Origin: Anaeromyxobacteraceae bacterium
GTDB taxonomy: Bacteria; Myxococcota; Myxococcia; Myxococcales; Anaeromyxobacteraceae
Direction of reading: 5' to 3'
Assembly (NCBI GenBank): GCA_047602405.1
Contig: JASGHJ010000002.1
Location: forward strand, 480,001-544,000
DNA length: 64,000 nt
Below, in pieces: positions 1-8,932 of this stretch (positions are counted from its first letter, which is position 1; each line of letters begins with the position of its first letter). The translations under genes and the position numbers were made by a program. The notes beneath the pieces were generated by a model, which worked only from the letters and a program-made list of their open reading frames with translations, was not told the origin of the DNA and did not search any database.

Positions 1-2
1 GC

Positions 3-242
3 GACGAGGCCGACCAGGCGGCCCGCCTCGTCGCCATCGCCGACCAGGGCTCCGCCGCCGCCAAGCGCTGGATGGTCTACGCCTCCACCGCCTACGCGAC
101 CGGCACCGGCGAGACGAAGGACCTCCTCGAGGGCGTGGCGGCGTACGCGCAGACGCGCAAGGGCTACCTCGACGCGCTCCTCGCCTACCACACCGCCCGC
201 GCGCAGCTCGACCTCGCGACCGGCGCGCCTCCAGGCCGATAG
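3..242 (+). CDS. TolC-family outer membrane efflux protein, C-terminal part (5' truncated by window)
   Basis: Own translation DEADQAARLV...YATGTGETKDLLEGVAAYAQTRKGYLDALLAYHTARAQLDLATG..* resembles the OEP C-terminal helix pattern; TAG at 240-242. Confidence 0.65.
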   Translation, partial: DEADQAARLVAIADQGSAAAKRWMVYASTAYATGTGETKDLLEGVAAYAQTRKGYLDALLAYHTARAQLDLATGAPPGR

Positions 243-656
243 ACCTCCTCCTCCTCCTTCCTGGTCTCCCCCTCCGTAGGCATGCGTGTCCGTGGGAGCC
301 AAACGGGCCTCCGCGACAGCGCTTGCTCGGACGGGTTTGAGACGGAAGAGATCGCCGGAACCGTTGCCGTTCCACGGCGGTGATCGTGCAGCACGCCTGC
401 GGACCATGTGCGCGTGACGACGCCGTGCGCTTCGCGCACGTCGCCGTCCTCGCGCGATGGTTCCTTGGCCTGCAATGCGAGATGTGGTGGCGGTACCTCG
501 CCCGTCGCTCGCTGCGCGCTGCTGCGGAGGCCCGTTTGGCTCTCGGGCGGAGTGGACGGCGGTGCGGCCGTGACTGCTGGGTGGCTGGAGATGAACTGAT
601 ATGGTTGGACCCGTCAACGAAGCCGGCCCGGTCGCAGGGTCGGCTTTTTCGTTTCT

Positions 657-867
657 GCGTTCGGGCGGCCAAGGCGGTGGTCGACCTGAACTAGAGCGAC
701 GGCGGATCAGACTGATATTCGCGGGTTGGGTACCGCATGACCTGAATCCGTCGGGGGCTGCCTCGGTCTAACAGCGGGCATCAGGCTTCACGGCCCTGCC
801 CATAGTTCATACGAGGATTCCCCTTTGGGCCGGACCAAGTCGTCCACCGCCCTCGCCGCCCGAACGC
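657..867 (-). ncRNA. Putative bridge RNA / seekRNA of the IS1111-type element
   Basis: Outer stem 657-680 with 844-867 encloses two stem-internal loop-stem modules; loop sequences match the target (ATGAACTA; CTAAC) and donor junction (CTGATAT). Confidence 0.8.
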
Positions 868-874
868 GTCACAG

Positions 875-1969
875 CTACGCCTTTAGGAGTTGTGGCTGGC
901 GCCCGATGGCCCAGACGAATCCCGCCAACTCGCGCGCGATGGCAACGACGACGCGGTTCTTGTTCATCCCGCGTCCCGTGAGCTTCCGATAGCGACCGCA
1001 GAGCCGCTCCTGGGCACGCCAGGCGATTCGCAAGACCTCCTCCGACAAGCCTCGACTTCTCTTCCTGAGGGCAGGGCTGTTCGCTGCTCGGTACCGGTAA
1101 GCCCAGGCGGCCTCGACGAGAATGCGCCGAGCGTGGCCGTTCCCGGCGCGTGTGATTCTCCCTTGCTGCCGAGTTTCTCCGCTCGAGTGTTCCGAGGGGA
1201 CGAGGCCGAGGTAGCCCATCAGCTCGGGGGCAGTGGCGAACCGGTCCAGGTCGCCGAGCTCCGCTGCGAGCACCGTGGCCGTGATGAGGTTGACGCCGCG
1301 TAGCGACTGTAGCGCCTTCACCAGGGGCATCCGGCTCCAGCTCTCCACGAGCTCCTCGATGCTGCGGGTATGCCGGCGAACCCTCTCCCCCACGTCTTCC
1401 ACCGTCTTCAGGTAGTCCTCGAGGACCCGTTGCTGCGCCTCGTGCTCGAAATGCTGGACCCGAACCCACGCCAGGTGGTCGCGAGTCCACCGTGTCTTCC
1501 CTGTCCAGCGCCGCCCATGACGGAGAAGGAACTTCCCGAGCTGGTGACGGGCTACGCGCTCAGCCTTCTTCGCGGCATCTCGCGCGCGCTCGAGATCGCG
1601 CATGGCCTCGGTGGCTTCGTCGGGCACGTGGACTTCGGTCAGGTCTCCAGACCTCAGAAACCGGGCGAGCTTCACGGCATCCCGCCGGTCGGTCTTGACG
1701 CGATCGCCGGCCTTCATAGGCACCAACGAAGGCGCGACCACGACGCATTCGACGCCGCCGGCGTTGAGCGCTCGGTAGAGCCCGAACCCTGTTGGACCAG
1801 CCTCGTAGCAGCATTTGATGGTACCGAGCCGTCGCAGGCGCTTCAGCAGTGCCGCGGTGTCGTTGGCGACGACCGCCAAAGCGCTCGGCTCTCCCCGGCC
1901 GGGCTCAGCGACCGCGATGGCGATGCTGTCTGCGTGGACGTCGAGACCGACGAATCGTACGCTCTCCAT
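875..1969 (-). CDS. IS110-family DEDD transposase/recombinase (364 aa)
   Basis: MESVRFVGLDVH, YEAG, KTDRRDA (RuvC-like DEDD), YLGLVPSEHSSG..ITRAGN..RRILVEAAW (Tnp domain with catalytic Ser). Confidence 0.96.
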   Translation of the reverse strand: MESVRFVGLDVHADSIAIAVAEPGRGEPSALAVVANDTAALLKRLRRLGTIKCCYEAGPTGFGLYRALNAGGVECVVVAPSLVPMKAGDRVKTDRRDAVKLARFLRSGDLTEVHVPDEATEAMRDLERARDAAKKAERVARHQLGKFLLRHGRRWTGKTRWTRDHLAWVRVQHFEHEAQQRVLEDYLKTVEDVGERVRRHTRSIEELVESWSRMPLVKALQSLRGVNLITATVLAAELGDLDRFATAPELMGYLGLVPSEHSSGETRQQGRITRAGNGHARRILVEAAWAYRYRAANSPALRKRSRGLSEEVLRIAWRAQERLCGRYRKLTGRGMNKNRVVVAIARELAGFVWAIGRQPQLLKA

Positions 1970-2502
1970 GGTTGGACCCGCCTCCCGCTGTGGCTCTGCG
2001 CCGTGGGGTTTCGCAGCTTCGCGGAGTAACCCACGTTCGCGTGACAGCGGGTCCAACCATTCTGTCTAACGGTGGAGCGAAGGCGCCTACGGAGAGAGAA
2101 GAACGGCATCACCGTCACCGCTCGTGCGTCAGTCTCTCCGCTGCCGCCTCATCACCATCAGTTCAGCACTTGCTACCCAGCATCTACGGCCGATCTCAGT
2201 GCAATGCATCCGTGGGCGAGACGTGCCCCCGCAGCGCCGGCCGGCGGAGGTCGGGCTCTCCACGTGTCCAGTATCTCAGCGAATGCAGGCCAAGGGATGT
2301 GGGCGTGTGACGGCATGGCGCGCGCAGCGCGCTGTGCCGTCACGCGCAACTCAACCGCAGGCCTGCCGCGGCCTGAACGATCGCAGCGGCCCCGGTCCCG
2401 GGCGTCTGTTCCATACACGGACCGACGCAGCCGGCCGGCGTCGCGGGGGCGCGTCGAGCCCCCTCGGCACCGCACCTCCCTCGAGCCTGGAGGAGCGTGA
2501 GG

Positions 2503-4611
2503 TCAGTTGCTGGGAGCCGCCGCCGGCACCGGGAAGCCGCGCTTGCGCATGAGCGCCGCGATGCCCGGGTCCTTGCCGCGGAACGCGCGGTAGCCCTCGT
2601 CGGGATCGACGGTGTTGCCCGCGGAGAACACGTGCTGCTTGAGGCGGGCCGCGACCGCGCGGTCCCAGGGGCCCTTCGCCTCGGTGAAGGCCTCGTAGGC
2701 GTCGGCGGAGATCGTGTCCGCCCAGAGGTAGCTGTAGTAGCCCGCGGAGTAGCCGTCGCCGGTGAAGAGGTGGTTGAACTGCGGGAGGCGGTGGCGCATC
2801 ACGAGCTCCCTGGGCATGCCGAGGGCGGTGAGCGTCTCCTTCTCGAAGGCCGCCGGCTCCACCGGGCCGGTGGCGAGGTGGGCCTTCATGTCCACGAGCG
2901 CGGAGGAGAGGTACTCGAGGGTGGCGAAGCCCTGGTTGAAGCGGGAGGCGCGCTGGAGCTTCTCGAGGAGCGCCTTCGGCATGGGCTTCCCGGTGCGGAA
3001 GTGGACCGCGTGGCGGGAGAGGATCTCCGGGGTCTCCAGCCAGCGCTCGAGGAGCTGGGAGGGGAACTCGACGTAGTCGTTCGGGACGTTCGTGCCGGAG
3101 AGGGTGGGGTAGGTGACGTTCGAGCAGAGGCCGTGGAGCGCGTGGCCGAACTCGTGGAAGAGCGTCTCGGCGTCGGTCCAGGAGACGAGCACCGGCTCGC
3201 CGGGCTTGCCCTTCACGAAGTTCGAGTTGTTCGAGACGATGGTGGTGATCTCGCGGTCGAACCGCTCCTGGTTGCGGTACTGGCTCATCCACGCGCCGGA
3301 CTGCTTGCCCTCGCGCGCGTACGGGTCGAAGTACCAGAGCCCGACGTGCTTGCCCTTCGCGTCCTTCACCTCCCAGACGCGCACGTCGGGGTGGTAGACC
3401 GGCAGCCCCTTCACCGGCGTGAAGCGCAGCCCGAAGAGGCGGTCGGCCACCTCGAACATGCCCTCGCGGAGCTTCTCGAGCTGCAGGTAGGGCTTCACCT
3501 CGTTCTCGTCGAGGTCGTAGCGGGCCTTGCGGACCTTCTCGGCGTAGAAGCGGTAGTCCCAGGGCTCGATGGTGATTCCGGCCTTGTCGGCGTCGGCGAC
3601 CTTCTGCATGTCGGCGACCTCCTCGCGGACGCGCGCCACCGCGGCCGGCCAGACCGCCTCCATGAGCGCCATGGCGCGCTCGGGGGTCCGGGCCATCGAG
3701 TCCTCGACGCGCCAGTGCGCGTGGGTCGGGTAGCCGAGGAGCCGGGCGCGCTCCCCGCGGGCCTGGAGGATCTCGGCGATGACCGCCTTCGTGTCGTGCG
3801 CGTCGCCGTGGTCGCCGCGGGTGACGAAGTTGCGCCACACCTTCTCGCGCAGGTCACGGCGGGACGAGAACGCGAGGAACGGCTCCACCGACGAGCGGGT
3901 GTTCGCGACGAGCCACTTCCCGGGCTGGCCCTTCGCGGCCGCGTCGGCCGCGGCGGCGGCGCGGTAGGACTCCGGCAGCCCGTCGAGGTCGCTCGCCTCG
4001 AGCACCGTCGCCCAGCCGGCCTCGTCGGCGAGGACGTCCTGGGCGAAGGTCGTGTAGAGCGACGCGAGCCGCTCGTTCAGCGCCGCGACCTTCTGCTTCG
4101 TCGGGCCGTCGAGCCGCGCCCCGGCCCGCACGAAGCTCGTGTACCAGCGCCACGCGAGGCGGCGCTGCTCGGGCGAGAGCGCGGCGCGCGCCTGGTACAC
4201 GGCCGCGACGCGCGAGAAGAGCCGCTCGTTCTGGTAGAGCCGGTCGGAGAAGGCGGCGAGCTTCGGGGCGAGGTCCCGCTCGACGGCCTGGAAGTCCGGG
4301 GTGGAGAGCGTGCCCGACCAGACGCCGAACACCGAGGAGACCTGGTCGAAGGTGCGGCTCGAGCGCTCGAGCGCGGCGAGCGTGTTCGCGAAGGTCGGCG
4401 CGGCGGGGTCGGCCGCGATCCGCTCCTGGTTCGCGAGCGCCTCGGCCATCGCCGCCTCGAACGCGGGCGCGAAGTGCTCGACCTTGACCGCCGCGAAGGG
4501 CGGGACGCCGCCGTGAGGGCCTGACCATGGGGCGAGGAGCGGGTTCGTCACGGGGGCCTCGGTGCCGGCGAGGGTCGCGGTGAGGAGCAACCCCAGGGTG
4601 AAGGTGGTCAT
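2503..4611 (-). CDS. dcp: M3 family metallopeptidase (peptidyl-dipeptidase Dcp-like), with signal peptide
   Basis: NPLL..W..PPF, TLFHEFGHALH, DYVEFPSQLLE, YSAGYYSYLWA, YRAFRGKDP. Confidence 0.9.
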   Translation of the reverse strand: MTTFTLGLLLTATLAGTEAPVTNPLLAPWSGPHGGVPPFAAVKVEHFAPAFEAAMAEALANQERIAADPAAPTFANTLAALERSSRTFDQVSSVFGVWSGTLSTPDFQAVERDLAPKLAAFSDRLYQNERLFSRVAAVYQARAALSPEQRRLAWRWYTSFVRAGARLDGPTKQKVAALNERLASLYTTFAQDVLADEAGWATVLEASDLDGLPESYRAAAAADAAAKGQPGKWLVANTRSSVEPFLAFSSRRDLREKVWRNFVTRGDHGDAHDTKAVIAEILQARGERARLLGYPTHAHWRVEDSMARTPERAMALMEAVWPAAVARVREEVADMQKVADADKAGITIEPWDYRFYAEKVRKARYDLDENEVKPYLQLEKLREGMFEVADRLFGLRFTPVKGLPVYHPDVRVWEVKDAKGKHVGLWYFDPYAREGKQSGAWMSQYRNQERFDREITTIVSNNSNFVKGKPGEPVLVSWTDAETLFHEFGHALHGLCSNVTYPTLSGTNVPNDYVEFPSQLLERWLETPEILSRHAVHFRTGKPMPKALLEKLQRASRFNQGFATLEYLSSALVDMKAHLATGPVEPAAFEKETLTALGMPRELVMRHRLPQFNHLFTGDGYSAGYYSYLWADTISADAYEAFTEAKGPWDRAVAARLKQHVFSAGNTVDPDEGYRAFRGKDPGIAALMRKRGFPVPAAAPSN

Positions 4612-4659
4612 GTCGGTGGTCTCCGGAGAGCGCAGGTCTGCCCGGAGGGAGGCGCGCCG

Positions 4660-5367
4660 TCAAGGCGCGTGACGTCCGGCCCCCGGACGGCGCGGCCGCT
4701 CCGGGGCGGGCGGCGCGAGGAGCCGGTGGAGCGCGTCGAGCTGCGGCTTCGACGCGGTGAGCCGCGCGGCGAGCACGAGGCGGCGCGCCCCGCCGGGCGT
4801 GCAGCCCTCATCTGCGGGCCCGTCCACCTGCACGTACACGAGGTCGCGCGGGAGCAGCTGCGCGGGATCGAGCTGCGTGCGCGTGAAGGTGCGGGTCTCG
4901 CCGGGCTCGACGGGGAGCCGCGCCGCGAGCGCCGCGAGCAGCGCGTTCGGCGGCCCGGGGTCCACGATCACGGTCAGGACGACCGGCCTCTCGTCGCCGC
5001 CGAGGTGCACGAGGTGCACGGCGAGCGGGTGCTTCCCGCCGTGCGCGTCGGCGCCCGGCGCGTGCAGGTGCACGTTGAGGAGCTCGAAGGACTCGCCGCC
5101 GACCGTCAGGATGCTCCCCGGCGGGAAGGGGATGCGCACGGTCCCGCCGTCGTGCACGGTCGTCAGCGGGACGGGCCGGTAGCGGACCTCGAGGGCCTTC
5201 GCCGGGCGCCGCGGCTCCGCGTCCGCCGGCTCGGACGGCGGCGGGGGCGCGGCCGGGTGCCTCTCGCGGGCGGCGCGCGGCGGAGGCGAGCGCCGGGGCC
5301 GGCCCTCCGCCACGGCGGGGGCCGCGAGGGCGAGCGCGAGCGGGAGGAGGGCGAGCCACCGGATCAC
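4660..5367 (-). CDS. Secreted alpha-carbonic-anhydrase-like protein (degenerate active site)
   Basis: GTG start, signal peptide; FELLNVHLHAP...HPLAVHLVH, LDPAQLLP match the alpha-CA pattern. Confidence 0.7.
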   Translation of the reverse strand: MIRWLALLPLALALAAPAVAEGRPRRSPPPRAARERHPAAPPPPSEPADAEPRRPAKALEVRYRPVPLTTVHDGGTVRIPFPPGSILTVGGESFELLNVHLHAPGADAHGGKHPLAVHLVHLGGDERPVVLTVIVDPGPPNALLAALAARLPVEPGETRTFTRTQLDPAQLLPRDLVYVQVDGPADEGCTPGGARRLVLAARLTASKPQLDALHRLLAPPAPERPRRPGAGRHAP

Positions 5368-5553
5368 GGGCACCCGAGGTGCAAGACCGGGGCCTGCCTC
5401 ACCCACCGAAGCTCGAAGGGATTCGAGCCCTTCCGGCACCACCCCGGGTGTCAGCACACCCTTCCTGGGGCTCCGGGGGCGGGCGTATGGACGCCGGGAC
5501 AGGGTCCGGGAAAGCTCCGCGGATCGTGAAAAGGCCGTAGCATCGACCCCTCC

Positions 5554-6408
5554 ATGGCGAGCGACGGCTGGAACGACGGGTGGGAGCGCCGGAGGCAGCG
5601 GCGGCGCGAGCGCCGGGAGCAGCAGGGCGAGGCGCTGCAGCATCGCCGGCGCGGGTGGGGCGAGGTCCCGGGCTTCGTGTCGCACGCGGGCGTCTGGGCC
5701 ATCCTGAGCTTCGGCCTGCACCAGCTCCCCGAGGTCGCCGTCTGGTGGTGGGGGTTCGCGGTCGCGATGCACGGCGTCGGCATCCTGGGCCGCGTGCTCT
5801 CCCGCCGGCCCCCCGAGCCCGCCCCGCCGCTGCCCGAGCCCACCGCGCGCCGCGAGGCGCCGCCCGCGCTCGAGCCCGCGGCCTCGCCCGCGCCGGCGGA
5901 TCCGTTCCTCGCCGAGGTGGACGCCGCCATCGCGGCGCTCGAGCAGGCCGCGGGGGCGAGGACGCTCCCGGGCGTCGATCTCGCGGCGTTGCGAACGACC
6001 GCGGCGGAGCTCCGGCGCCGGCACCTCGCGCTCCTCGCGCTCGGCGACGAGGCCGCCTGGGAGCGCCTCGCCCGGGAGCGGGCCGAGGCGCTCGAGCGCG
6101 CGCAGGCGGCGGCCGACCCGCGCACCGCCGAGGTGCTGCGGGCGCAGGCCGACAGCGTCGCCGGCCGGCTCGCCGCGCTCGAGCAGGCGCTCGGGGCGGC
6201 CGCGCGTCTCGAGGCGCGGGAACGCACGCTGCTCCACCAGGTGGAGGCGCTGCGGCTCTCCCTGCTCCAGACCGGGGTCGACGAGGCCGCCGGGCCCGAC
6301 CTCGCCGCCGAGGTCGAGCGGCTCCGGCTCGACCTCCGCGCGGAGGCGGAGCTCGAGTCGGACCTCGCCCGCGCCCGGCTCGGGGCGCGCGCCCACCAGC
6401 GGACCTGA
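5554..6408 (+). CDS. Hypothetical protein: N-terminal 2TM-like hairpin plus coiled-coil C-terminus
   Basis: Two hydrophobic segments (FVSHAGVWAILSFGL; WWWGFAVAMHGVG), Ala/Glu/Leu/Arg-rich helical tail. Confidence 0.7.
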   Translation: MASDGWNDGWERRRQRRRERREQQGEALQHRRRGWGEVPGFVSHAGVWAILSFGLHQLPEVAVWWWGFAVAMHGVGILGRVLSRRPPEPAPPLPEPTARREAPPALEPAASPAPADPFLAEVDAAIAALEQAAGARTLPGVDLAALRTTAAELRRRHLALLALGDEAAWERLARERAEALERAQAAADPRTAEVLRAQADSVAGRLAALEQALGAAARLEARERTLLHQVEALRLSLLQTGVDEAAGPDLAAEVERLRLDLRAEAELESDLARARLGARAHQRT

Positions 6409-6426
6409 GCCGGTGGCCCCGCTCGG

Positions 6427-6894
6427 TCAGTCGACCGCGGCGCCGGGCTCGGGCATCCGCGAGCTGCCCTGGAAGACGACGCCGCGGTCGATGAGGATCG
6501 CGGGCGTCTCGATGTCGCCCTTCACCCGGGCGGTCTCGCGCAGCTCGACGAGCTGGCTCGCCTTGATGTTGCCGGTCACCTCGCCGAACACGATCACCGT
6601 GCCGCAGGTGATGTCGGCCGCCACCTTCGAGCGCTCGCCGAGCACGAGCACGTCGTTCGTGGTGATGGAGCCCGTGAAGCGCGCGTCGATCCGCACGGTG
6701 CCCGCGAACTTCAGCTTCCCCTCGAACTCGGCGCCGTCGCCGAGGAGGAGATCGCCCGGGGAGGCGGGGGGCTCGCGCTTCGAGGTGACGTTCATCGCGG
6801 TGTTCTCCGTGGGGGGCGGTGCAGGCGGGGAAAAGGCGCCGAGCGCGACGTTGCGCACGGGATCGAGGTCGGACTTCTCTCTCCAGAAGGGCAT
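6427..6894 (-). CDS. Bactofilin (polymer-forming cytoskeletal protein)
   Basis: LLGDGAEFEGKLKFAGTVRIDA.FTGSI...V.GNIKASQLVELRETARVKGDIETPAILIDRGVVFQG. Confidence 0.92.
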   Translation of the reverse strand: MPFWREKSDLDPVRNVALGAFSPPAPPPTENTAMNVTSKREPPASPGDLLLGDGAEFEGKLKFAGTVRIDARFTGSITTNDVLVLGERSKVAADITCGTVIVFGEVTGNIKASQLVELRETARVKGDIETPAILIDRGVVFQGSSRMPEPGAAVD

Positions 6895-7017
6895 GGTCCC
6901 TCGCGCGGGCCGCGTGAGTGGGCCCGTGTCCACGGGGAGTTGCGCACGCGCGGCGCGGCCGGCATCCACGGATTGGGGCGCGGGCCCCTTCACGCCGGAG
7001 GTGGGGAACGGTGGGCG

Positions 7018-8178
7018 TCAGTCCGCGAGGAGCCGCGCGTCCGCGCCGAGCAGCGCGGCCCCGCGGGCCACCGCCGTCTGCGGATCGTCCTCGACCGCCT
7101 GGGGGCGCGCGAACGCGGCCGCCACCGCGGCGCGGACCTGCGGGACGAAGGTGGTGCCGCCGATGAGCAGCACCGCGCCGAGGTCCTTCACGGCGAGGCC
7201 GGCCTCGAGCACCGTCGCCGAGGTCGCCTCGATCGAGCGGTGCACGAGGTCCGCCCACGTCGGGGCGAGGTGCTCGCGCGAGAAGGTGTAGTCGAGGTGC
7301 TGCATCCGGCCGCCGACCGAGAAGGCCTCGGCGAGCTGGTAGCGCACCTCCTTGCGGGCCGACAGCGCGCGCTTCACGAGCTCGCACTGGCGCTGGATGC
7401 GCTCCCACAGCACCGCGTCCCGGGTGACGTCGATGCCGTGCACCCGGAAGATCCCGCTCGCGACGTAGCGCGCGAAGGCGGCGTCGAAGTCGTCGCCGCC
7501 GAGGACGTCGTCGCCGCCGCTCGAGAGGACGCGCAGGGCCTGCCCCTCGCGGCGCACGACCGTGGCGTCGAGGGTGCCCCCGCCGAAGTCGTACACGAGG
7601 AGCGGCGCCGAGCCCCAGGAGGCCCCGGTGAAGCCGCGCGCGACCGCGCCCGCGCAGGGCTCGGCCACCGTCCGCAGGACCTCGAGGCCCGCGGCCTTGC
7701 CGGCCCGCACCATGGCGGCCTTCACCGCCTCGTCGGCGGTGACCGGCACGGTCAGCACCACCTTGCGGACGCGCTTGCCGAACTTCGTCTCGGAGCGCTC
7801 CTTCAGGTACCGCAGGATGAACGAGGCGACCTCGCTCGCCTGGAACTCGCCCCCGCGCACCTGCACCGCGGCCTCGCCGTCCGGGCCGGGCTGGCGGATC
7901 TTGAAGCCCGCCACCTGGTCGAGCAGGCGGCCGGCCGGTGAGTCGGCCCGCCGCCCGACGATGCGCTTCACGCCGAAGACCGTGTTCTGGGGGTCCTGGG
8001 TGCGCAGGCGGTCGGCGTCGGAGCCCACGATCGGCGGCCCGCTCTTCGGGAAGTGCACGACGCTCGGCACGCAGGCCTCGCCGCGGCCGTCGACCGCGAA
8101 GTGGAGCTTGCCGTCCACGACGGCGGCGGCCGTCGAGAACGTGGTGCCGAGGTCGATGCCGAGGACGAGCTCGCTCAG
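7018..8178 (-). CDS. Hsp70/DnaK-family protein, nucleotide-binding domain only; probable CTG start
   Basis: LVLGIDLGTT upstream of the tracked start, VLTVP, EPCAGA, YDFGGGTLD, LGGDDFD, LIGGTT.VP, AVARGAAL. Confidence 0.88.
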   Translation of the reverse strand: MSELVLGIDLGTTFSTAAAVVDGKLHFAVDGRGEACVPSVVHFPKSGPPIVGSDADRLRTQDPQNTVFGVKRIVGRRADSPAGRLLDQVAGFKIRQPGPDGEAAVQVRGGEFQASEVASFILRYLKERSETKFGKRVRKVVLTVPVTADEAVKAAMVRAGKAAGLEVLRTVAEPCAGAVARGFTGASWGSAPLLVYDFGGGTLDATVVRREGQALRVLSSGGDDVLGGDDFDAAFARYVASGIFRVHGIDVTRDAVLWERIQRQCELVKRALSARKEVRYQLAEAFSVGGRMQHLDYTFSREHLAPTWADLVHRSIEATSATVLEAGLAVKDLGAVLLIGGTTFVPQVRAAVAAAFARPQAVEDDPQTAVARGAALLGADARLLAD

Positions 8179-8378
8179 GCGGCCCTCCCCGGACTTGCGT
8201 GTCGCAGCGCCTTCACCCGGCGCAGTCTGGCACGAACCCGTTCGGGGATCACCTCGGAGCGGCCCACCCCGCGGCCATGCCGCCGGGGTAGCGGGTCGGT
8301 CGGGGGCCTACCTCGGAACCGCCCTCCACCACGCCCCGCGGTCCGCGCCCGGGACCGCACCGCCTCGACCGCCGCGCC

Positions 8379-8846
8379 TCAACGTACGGGGACCGGCCCG
8401 AGCGCCGCCGGGACGAAGCAGGTGCCCCCGAAGACGTAGCGGCGTGCGTCGACCACCCGCCCGCCACGCACGGAGAACACGAGCTGCTCGGCGCCCGGCA
8501 GCGCCGGCTCGCCGTCGAGGACCGCGTCGGCCTGATCCTTCTCCGAGAAGACCGCCGGCGCCTCCACGTGCGAGTGCCAGACCGCCACGATCTCCGCGCC
8601 CTCGCGGGCGTGCCGCTCGAAGGTCGCGAGCAGCGCGTCGGGGTCCATCACGTACGCGTCGCGCGAGGTGCGCGGATGGTGCAGCGGGTCCTCGGCGTGG
8701 GCCGCGTCGGCGGCGTTGGGCAGCTCCTCGCCGTGGAGGCCGCCCGCCCGCCGCACCACGAACCCGCAGGCCTCCCGCGCGGGCGAGGCCTCGCACAGGG
8801 CCGCGAGGTGGGCGAGGAGCTCGGGGGGGTAGGGGAGCGCGTCCAC
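8379..8846 (-). CDS. JAB/MPN+ (Mov34, M67) metalloprotease
   Basis: PAREACGFV and VAVWHSHVEAPAVFSEKD (JAMM motif). Confidence 0.9.
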   Translation of the reverse strand: MDALPYPPELLAHLAALCEASPAREACGFVVRRAGGLHGEELPNAADAAHAEDPLHHPRTSRDAYVMDPDALLATFERHAREGAEIVAVWHSHVEAPAVFSEKDQADAVLDGEPALPGAEQLVFSVRGGRVVDARRYVFGGTCFVPAALGPVPVR

Positions 8847-8883
8847 GGTCGAGGAGGATACACCGCGGCCCGCCCCGGTTGCG

Positions 8884-8931
8884 ACTACAGCTGTAGTTGA
8901 CCGCGCGGCGGCGGGTGACTACAGTCGTAGT
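8884..8931 (+). promoter_or_regulatory. Two BlaI/MecI/CopY-type operators overlapping a sigma70-type promoter
   Basis: ACTACAGCTGTAGT (8884-8897) and ACTACAGTCGTAGT (8918-8931); TTGACC (8897-8902)-17 bp-TACAGT (8920-8925). Confidence 0.85.
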
Positions 8932-8932
8932 C

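Larger units (their letters stand above)
598..2067 (-). mobile_element. IS110-family insertion sequence, IS1111 subgroup (1470 bp)
   Basis: 13-bp subterminal IRs ATGGTTGGACCCG (601-613) / CGGGTCCAACCAT (2048-2060), 3 and 7 bp from the ends; CT at both junctions (596-597, 2066-2067); no longer TSD; DEDD transposase; long non-coding end downstream of tnp. Confidence 0.93.
274..2367. repeat. Long non-coding fold-back repeat, copy 1 (arms 274-597 and 2068-2367), interrupted by the IS110 element
   Basis: 274-590 is a near-identical reverse complement of ~39225-39533; ~2105-2367 is a diverged reverse complement of 38921-~39170. Confidence 0.9.

Noticed and set aside
590..604. IS target as an integron attC site
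   Set aside because: The restored site contains CTAAC, but there is no cassette array, integrase or convincing paired R/L box structure
185..694. Short ORFs over the long repeat (and their twins at 38878-39803)
   Set aside because: Homologous copies do not keep the same frames or ends; similarity is at DNA level only
1970..2056. 29-aa N-terminal extension of the transposase in the ORF track
   Set aside because: It starts inside the left IR; the ATG at 1969 has a GGGAGG RBS and directly precedes the DEDD motif
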